This document shows, piece by piece, positions 59,235 through 64,000 of a DNA stretch of 64,000 bases. The DNA comes from Candidatus Woykebacteria bacterium (GTDB taxonomy: Bacteria > Patescibacteriota > Microgenomatia > Woykebacterales > RBG-16-39-9b), in assembly GCA_040876345.1 (NCBI GenBank), contig JBBDPM010000006.1:182431-246430 (forward strand), written 5' to 3'. Positions within the stretch are counted from its first letter, which is position 1; each line of letters starts with the position of its first letter. Made by a program: the position numbers and the translations under genes. The notes beneath the pieces were generated by a model. That model was not told the DNA's origin and did no database searches. It saw nothing but the letters and a program-made list of their open reading frames with translations.

Positions 59235-59835
59235 CACAACGATCCCGCTGTTCACGATACCACCGGGGTTTTAAGAAGGTTTAATCTAACCAGAAAGAAA
59301 AGACAGGCTAAGTACTACATCCCACTCCCAAGACCACTCTCAAATTGTCCAGGAGCCTTAGTGGAGGTGGACACCATCCACTTCGTTAGACCAAACACTA
59401 GTCGGTTTTATATCTACACTTTAATTGATGTTTATTCCCGGTTAGCTTATGCGGAGTACCCTCCTAAGCTTTCTCAGAAAAACTCTCTAAAATTTGTTAA
59501 GGCGGCTCAGAAGAAGTTTGTCTTTAAGTTCTTTACAGTCCAAACCGACAATGGACCAGAGTTTAAGGACCACTTTAACATTGAGCTTAAGAGAAACAAG
59601 ATTACTTTAAGACATTCCCGGGTCAGGACCCCTAACGATAATGCCCATCTGGAGAGATTTAACCGCACTTTACAAGAAGAGTGTTTCCAAGGAAGACGAC
59701 CTAATGAAGAAGGGCTAACGGGCAACTCAGGTCCTATTTAACTTATTACAACAATGTTAGACTACACCTATTAATTAACCTTCAGACACCTACTCAATTT
59801 GTTTCTAAGGTCCTGACGTAATTACGTATAATTAG
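59235..59835 (+). mobile_element. Degraded IS transposase (rve/DDE integrase core) remnant with frameshifts
   Basis: DDE core: ALVEVDTIHF (D), VQTDNGPEF (D), NAHLERFNRTLQEE (E). N-terminal HTH region missing. C-terminal YYNNVRLHLLINLQTPTQFVSKVL lies in a different frame. Confidence 0.6.
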
Positions 59836-59874
59836 TTCTTGTCGTAGCTTTGTTTGAACGCTATAATAGCTCGA

Positions 59875-61227
59875 ATGATTCTAAAGATAACCAAAAACAC
59901 AGATTCTATCTGGAAACAAAAATTTAAAAACGTCTCTCAGGTGGATTCTGAAACTCGGAAAATTGTCGCCGATATGAAGGAGACTCTGGAGTTTACCGGC
60001 GGTGTTGGCCTAGCTGCTCCCCAAGTGGATATTCCCTTCAATATCTTTATCGCCAACTTTGGAAAGCTAAACGAAGTTTTTATTAATCCAAAAATTGTTA
60101 GCCAATCCAAGGAAACCGGCGAAGGCGAGGAAGGATGTCTCTCTGTTCCAGGCTTTCGAGGGCTTCTAAACCGATCGAGCGAACTAGTAATTAACTATAT
60201 CGACCTCAAGGGACGCAAAAAAACCGCTTCTCTTTCTGGCTTTTATGCAAGGATCATCCAACATGAGTACGATCACTTAAAATCCACTTTTTACATCGAC
60301 AAAATAGTCGATAAAAAGGAAAAAGTGGTTCATTTTAAGCCAACTAAACTTGTTTTCTTTGGCACTCCGAAGTTTGGAGCGACAATTTTAAAAAGCATTA
60401 TCGGGCAACAAGTAGTCGGCGAATATAAAGTTCTTCTAGTGGTAACCCAACCTGATCAACCCTTCGGTCGAGGCCAAGAGGTTAAAAAGTCTGCCGTTAA
60501 ACAGCTTGCCGAGCAATTTGGCATTAGAGTAATTGAGCCGACAAAACTTGATCAAAAAGAAGTTGTAAAAACCCTTCAAAAGCTAAACCCCGACGTGTTC
60601 GTAGTTGCCTCCTATGGCCAAATACTACCAAAAGACGTCTTAAATATACCAAAATACGGCTCTTTAAACTTGCATGCAAGCCTTTTACCAAAGTATCGAG
60701 GTGCCTCCCCTATTCAGGGGGCTATATTGAACAAGGAAAAATACACAGGGGTAACAATTATGCTTATGAATGAGAGGCTGGATGAAGGCGAAATTTTGGC
60801 TGAAGCAAAAGTTAAAATTAGTCCCAAAGACACGTTTATCTCCCTTCATGACAAGCTTGCAAAAGTTGGTTCAGAGCTCCTTCACCAAGTAATATATCTT
60901 TGGATAAACAAGCGTATCAAACCCAGGCGCCAAACTGCCTCTAAATCCAAAGCAACCTATACACCCCGTCTGACCCGTGATTCAGGTTTCATCGACGCTC
61001 TTAGGCCTCCAAAAAATCTTGAGACTATGATCCGCGCTTACCATCCTTGGCCAGGGGTTTGGACCCGCCTGGCAGCGCCTGATGGCGCAGCCTCTGGCGG
61101 GCAGGCAAAAAATCAAGGAAAAGTATTAAAACTGCTGCCGAATCGAATGGTGCAACTTGAGGGAAAGTCCCCAGTTTCTTTGAAAGACTTCAAACAAGGT
61201 CATAAAGATTTTGATTTGAGTTGGTGA
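59875..61227 (+). CDS. Bifunctional peptide deformylase / methionyl-tRNA formyltransferase fusion protein
   Basis: PDF motifs GVGLAAPQV, EGCLSVPG, HEYDHL in residues about 1-160. Then Fmt domain LVFFGTPKFGATIL...HASLLPKYRGASPIQ plus Fmt C-terminal domain. Single continuous ORF. Confidence 0.8.
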   Translation: MILKITKNTDSIWKQKFKNVSQVDSETRKIVADMKETLEFTGGVGLAAPQVDIPFNIFIANFGKLNEVFINPKIVSQSKETGEGEEGCLSVPGFRGLLNRSSELVINYIDLKGRKKTASLSGFYARIIQHEYDHLKSTFYIDKIVDKKEKVVHFKPTKLVFFGTPKFGATILKSIIGQQVVGEYKVLLVVTQPDQPFGRGQEVKKSAVKQLAEQFGIRVIEPTKLDQKEVVKTLQKLNPDVFVVASYGQILPKDVLNIPKYGSLNLHASLLPKYRGASPIQGAILNKEKYTGVTIMLMNERLDEGEILAEAKVKISPKDTFISLHDKLAKVGSELLHQVIYLWINKRIKPRRQTASKSKATYTPRLTRDSGFIDALRPPKNLETMIRAYHPWPGVWTRLAAPDGAASGGQAKNQGKVLKLLPNRMVQLEGKSPVSLKDFKQGHKDFDLSW

Positions 61228-61234
61228 GGGGCTG

Positions 61235-61546
61235 TTATGTCACTTCGGCTGGTTCTTTTTCTTTATTATCAACCGCTTTTTGGATAGCTTCAGATAACAT
61301 CGAGGATTCCTTTTTTACTTCTCGTTCAACTACGGGTACTACCTCAACTTTCCTGGCCGCATTAGGAAAATCTTCCTTCATTATCCGAAGGCATTTAGTA
61401 CAAAGGCGCAATCCCAAGCTTCGGCCACCAATAAAGAGGGTAGTTTTGTGAAGATTTGGCTTACTTCTTTTTTTTGTCCTTCGGTGGGAATGCGATACAT
61501 TCATCCCTACCTGAGACCCTTTTCCACAACGATCACATACGTACAT
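61235..61546 (-). CDS. rpmB: 50S ribosomal protein L28 with C-terminal extension
   Basis: CDRCGKGSQVGMNVSHSHRRTKKRSKPNLHKTT matches the L28 core. Confidence 0.75.
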   Translation of the reverse strand: MYVCDRCGKGSQVGMNVSHSHRRTKKRSKPNLHKTTLFIGGRSLGLRLCTKCLRIMKEDFPNAARKVEVVPVVEREVKKESSMLSEAIQKAVDNKEKEPAEVT

Positions 61547-61655
61547 AGTTTTAGTTAACAGTCGACAATTGACACGTAACGATTAAAAACTAACATGTTA
61601 CTTGTCACCTGCAACTTGTTGCTGTTAAACTATACCAGATCAGTCAAATATTTCT

Positions 61656-62321
61656 ATGGATTTTCTTTATACAAACAATCCTGTCTCTATTTTTGCTGCG
61701 ATAAGCATATTTCTAGGCACAATAATAGCTCTCGTAAGTGTTCACGAAGCCTCTCATGCTTGGATGGCTAATAAACTTGGTGACCCAACTGCTAAATATC
61801 AAGGAAGGATAAGTCTAAACCCTCAAGTTCACATCGATCCTTTAGGAACTGTTATTCTACCTTTGTTTCTTATAGTCACTAGTGTATTAACCGGTGGCGG
61901 ACTTCTCTTGTTTGGTTGGGCAAAGCCGACTCCTTTTAACCCTTGGAATCTTAAAAATCCAAGGCGCGATGCCGCTCTTATATCCTTCGCCGGGCCGGTC
62001 TCCAACTTCGCAGTTGCAATAATAATCGCTTTGATAATCAGAGTTGTCTCGACCTCAGCTCCAGATCTTATATTAGTTTACCTACAATTTTTATTAAACT
62101 TAACCTTGGTTCTTGGAATATTTAATCTTATCCCAATAGCCCCTTTGGATGGCTTTAAAGTAGTAGCCGGAATATTACCCAGAGACTTAGCAACGCGTTG
62201 GGAAGAATTGGAAAGAATCGGGCCTTTTTTACTCATTTTTATTATCTTCTTTGGTGGGAGTATATTGCAGCCATTGATTTCAAATATCCTCTCCTTCTTT
62301 TTGAAAATTCTAGTTGGCTGA
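61656..62321 (+). CDS. M50-family (site-2 protease-like) membrane zinc metallopeptidase
   Basis: HEASHAW HExxH in TM helix, polytopic, LDG motif (IAPLDGFKV). Confidence 0.8.
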   Translation: MDFLYTNNPVSIFAAISIFLGTIIALVSVHEASHAWMANKLGDPTAKYQGRISLNPQVHIDPLGTVILPLFLIVTSVLTGGGLLLFGWAKPTPFNPWNLKNPRRDAALISFAGPVSNFAVAIIIALIIRVVSTSAPDLILVYLQFLLNLTLVLGIFNLIPIAPLDGFKVVAGILPRDLATRWEELERIGPFLLIFIIFFGGSILQPLISNILSFFLKILVG

Positions 62322-62584
62322 GCTAAAGTATTAAGGCTCGCTTGCTACTTGATCTCTTGTGTACTCGGGAATATAATATAACTGATCCCGTAGGTACGGG
62401 AGCACCCTACTTTGAAGGGTAAGCGGGGTGAAGATTTTTCTTCCGCTAATTTCCTTCTACTTTGGGTTGACTCGGAGTTTCGGCTCACCTTGGTGAGCTG
62501 AACAGGGTTCCCACCTAAGCGTTTTGGGAGGAATAACTTCACACTTCCTTCATTGTAGGGCTGGACTTAATCTTTAAAGAGAAA

Positions 62585-62616
62585 CTCACCCTGAGCGGCT
62601 CGTAGGGTGAGTTTTT
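62585..62616 (+). terminator. Rho-independent terminator
   Basis: CTCACCCT-GAGCGGCTCGT-AGGGTGAG followed by TTTTTC. Confidence 0.55.
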
Positions 62617-62893
62617 CGTCTAATTGAACCCCTAAGGACTTTTTGATATAATCTCAACGTTTTGATATAGTTTGCTGGGAGATAACGCTCTGGGTTCTGC
62701 GCTGTTGCTAAGCACTTTCCGTAACCAAATTCATCCGCCAGATGGCGGAAGTAATTTGGGTACTCCCGAGTGCAGCGCTCCATCGGCAGCGGAGCTAATG
62801 CTCAGTGGTAGGACACTAAAGCATCCTGCGAATATTTTATGTTCTAAAAGCAACGATTTTTAGTCACTCTAGTGGCCTAAGGCATTAAGCCAG

Positions 62894-62968
62894 GCCGTCC
62901 TAGCTCAACGGTAGAGCAGCTGTTTTGTAAACAGCAGGTTGTCGGTTCGAATCCGACGGACGGCTCCA
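62894..62968 (+). tRNA. tRNA-Thr (anticodon TGT)
   Basis: Cloverleaf: acceptor GCCGTCC/GGACGGC, D-arm GCTCAACGGTAGAGC, anticodon stem GCTGT/ACAGC with loop TTTGTAA, T-arm GTCGGTTCGAATCCGAC, CCA encoded. Confidence 0.85.
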
Positions 62969-63077
62969 GAAGATTGAGTAGACTCAAAATTCAAAGAATT
63001 TTGAAGAGGAGGGCTAACGAAGCGCTAAAATTTGCTTCTTCAGAAGCAAATGATAAGAGTGCAGTCCAGCCCGACGC

Positions 63078-63164
63078 GCTGGGGTAGCGAAGTGGTTAAA
63101 CGTACCTGACTGTAAATCAGGCGGCCTTGTGCCTTCGGGGGTTCGAATCCCTCCCCCAGCACCA
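63078..63164 (+). tRNA. tRNA-Tyr (anticodon GTA), long variable arm
   Basis: Acceptor GCTGGGG/CCCCAGC, anticodon stem CCTGA/TCAGG with loop CTGTAAA, long variable arm, T-loop TTCGAAT, CCA encoded. Confidence 0.85.
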
Positions 63165-63165
63165 C

Positions 63166-63219
63166 GCCCAGATAGTTCAGTGGTAGCACGCTAAAGCGTG
63201 TGCGCCCGATCACTCGGGC
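63166..63219 (+). other. tRNA-like fragment (acceptor plus D-arm consensus) followed by two short hairpins; probable decayed tRNA at the glyT-equivalent position
   Basis: GCCCAGATAGTTCAGTGGTAGCAC resembles a tRNA 5' half; no anticodon or T-arm can be folded; hairpins GCACGC-TAAA-GCGTGT and GCCCGA-TCAC-TCGGGC. Confidence 0.35.
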
Positions 63220-63244
63220 TAGGAATGCAGATCTAATGATATAG

Positions 63245-63319
63245 GCCGACGTGGCTCAGTGGCAGAGCACTTTCTTGGTAAGAAAGGGGTCGTGGGTTCG
63301 ACTCCCACCGTCGGCTCCA
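63245..63319 (+). tRNA. tRNA-Thr (anticodon GGT)
   Basis: Acceptor GCCGACG/CGTCGGC, D-arm GCTCAGTGGCAGAGC, anticodon stem CTTTC/GAAAG with loop TTGGTAA, T-arm GTGGGTTCGACTCCCAC, CCA encoded. Confidence 0.85.
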
Positions 63320-63388
63320 TATAATTGATATATAAATAAATATTTATTAGTTTAGCACTAATAACTGTCGATTGACAAAGGAGGTTTT

Positions 63389-63553
63389 ATGGCTAAAAAA
63401 GGTAAAATAATTATAATCAATCTAGAATGTACTGTTTGCAAAAACCAAAATTACGTAACTGAAAAAAGTAAGGTCAACGATCCTGAGCGACTGTTAACTA
63501 GGAAGTTTTGTAAACATTGCCGTAAGGTAACTGAGCACAAAGAAGTAAAGTAG
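63389..63553 (+). CDS. rpmG: 50S ribosomal protein L33
   Basis: GGAGG RBS; [54 protein letters not shown] matches L33 including the Cys4 zinc ribbon; 54 aa (below ORF-track cutoff). Confidence 0.85.
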   Translation: MAKKGKIIIINLECTVCKNQNYVTEKSKVNDPERLLTRKFCKHCRKVTEHKEVK

Positions 63554-63667
63554 CACTCTAGGTGACCAAATCCATTCGCTAACTCTCAAGTTATTTGGGT
63601 AATCTCGAGTGCTGCCCCAGGCATCTTAATTCCTGGCTAAGACCTTAATTTGAATTTAATCCATCTT

Positions 63668-63741
63668 AGGGGTGTCGGTTAATGGTAAACCACGGGTCTC
63701 CAAAACCCGGACTGGGAGTTCGATTCTCCCCACCCCTGCCA
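63668..63741 (+). tRNA. tRNA-Trp (anticodon CCA)
   Basis: Acceptor AGGGGTG/CACCCCT, D-arm GGTTAATGGTAAACC, anticodon stem CGGGT/ACCCG with loop CTCCAAA, T-arm GGGAGTTCGATTCTCCC, CCA encoded. Confidence 0.85.
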
Positions 63742-63795
63742 TTTTAAGAAACTTGCTTTTAATTACTGCCCGATTTGTTTATAATAAATCTTATA

Positions 63796-64000
63796 TGGAA
63801 CAGGAGAAAAGAATTTTGTTGGTTGATGATGATTCCTCATTCACCGATCTTTACAGTGCGGTGTTCAATAATTTTGGATTTAAATATTCTGTTGCCCAGA
63901 ATGGTGCTGTGGCCTTGGAAACGGCTTCTCAGGAAAAACCTTCTCTTCTGCTCCTTGACGTCATGCTTGCCGATATGAACGGTTTTGAAGTGTTAAAAAA
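63796..64000 (+). CDS. Response regulator receiver domain protein (partial, runs off window)
   Basis: MEQEKRILLVDDDSSFTDLY...LLLLDVMLADMNGFEVLK is a CheY-like receiver (DD pair, phospho-acceptor D in LLDVML). The ORF-track entry 63775..63978 is a different, spurious frame. Confidence 0.7.

Noticed and set aside
62795-62850. Possible intact tRNA around GCTCAGTGGTAGGAC
   Set aside because: The D-arm-like motif is present, but no acceptor, anticodon or T-arm pairing can be made. Reported instead as a repeated tRNA-derived motif.
63775-63978. 67-aa ORF-track entry MFIINLIWNRRKEF...
   Set aside because: Wrong frame. The overlapping frame starting at ATG 63796 encodes a canonical CheY-like receiver domain.
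1-64000. CRISPR arrays, rRNA genes, integrons
   Set aside because: No regularly spaced direct repeats, no 16S/23S/5S conserved blocks, and no attC/intI signatures were seen on reading the window.

Overview
The window is a mosaic: an AT-rich genome core of about 40% GC, interrupted by at least nine intergenic GC-rich islands of about 55-60% GC. The core has the look of Patescibacteria/CPR: compact genes with tight overlaps on the minus strand, a truncated Mfd, a ProRS without its INS domain, pilin-like and giant Ig-domain surface proteins, and cohesin/dockerin modules.

Recognisable core genes and operons:
- cysS, corA, yqeY, and dnaX-ybaB-recR.
- mfd-pth, ybeY-rpsU, and a HIT-PHP-proS-rseP-frr-tsf-rpsB run.
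- A pyrimidine dNTP cluster: tmk, a Nudix gene, thyA and three tandem dCTP-deaminase/dUTPase-family paralogs.
- topA, guaA, and mreB-mreC-mreD-pbp2.
- A def-fmt in-frame fusion, rpmB, an M50 protease.
- A tRNA-Thr / tRNA-Tyr / (decayed tRNA-like element) / tRNA-Thr / rpmG / tRNA-Trp cluster.
- A partial response regulator at the 3' edge.

The most striking system is a 13.4-kb minus-strand cluster (37142-50568). It encodes a membrane-anchored cohesin-like protein plus four giant secreted proteins: NHL-propeller, GH5 glycosidase, PQQ-type sugar dehydrogenase and a multi-Ig protein. Three of these end in duplicated dockerin repeats, and all four share a conserved N-terminal anchor motif. This looks like a cellulosome-like cohesin-dockerin enzyme display system.

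Other notable items:
- Two type II toxin-antitoxin pairs: hicBA, and vapBC with an apparently frameshifted vapB.
- A degraded rve-type (DDE) transposase remnant.
- A Sir2 gene paired with a small 2-TM protein on a GC-rich island.
- An 850-nt ORF-free GC-rich block that may be a structured RNA.
- A 4.3-kb GC-rich island of LysM/membrane proteins.

No CRISPR arrays or rRNA genes are present. All calls are from motif recognition by eye; no database searches were run.
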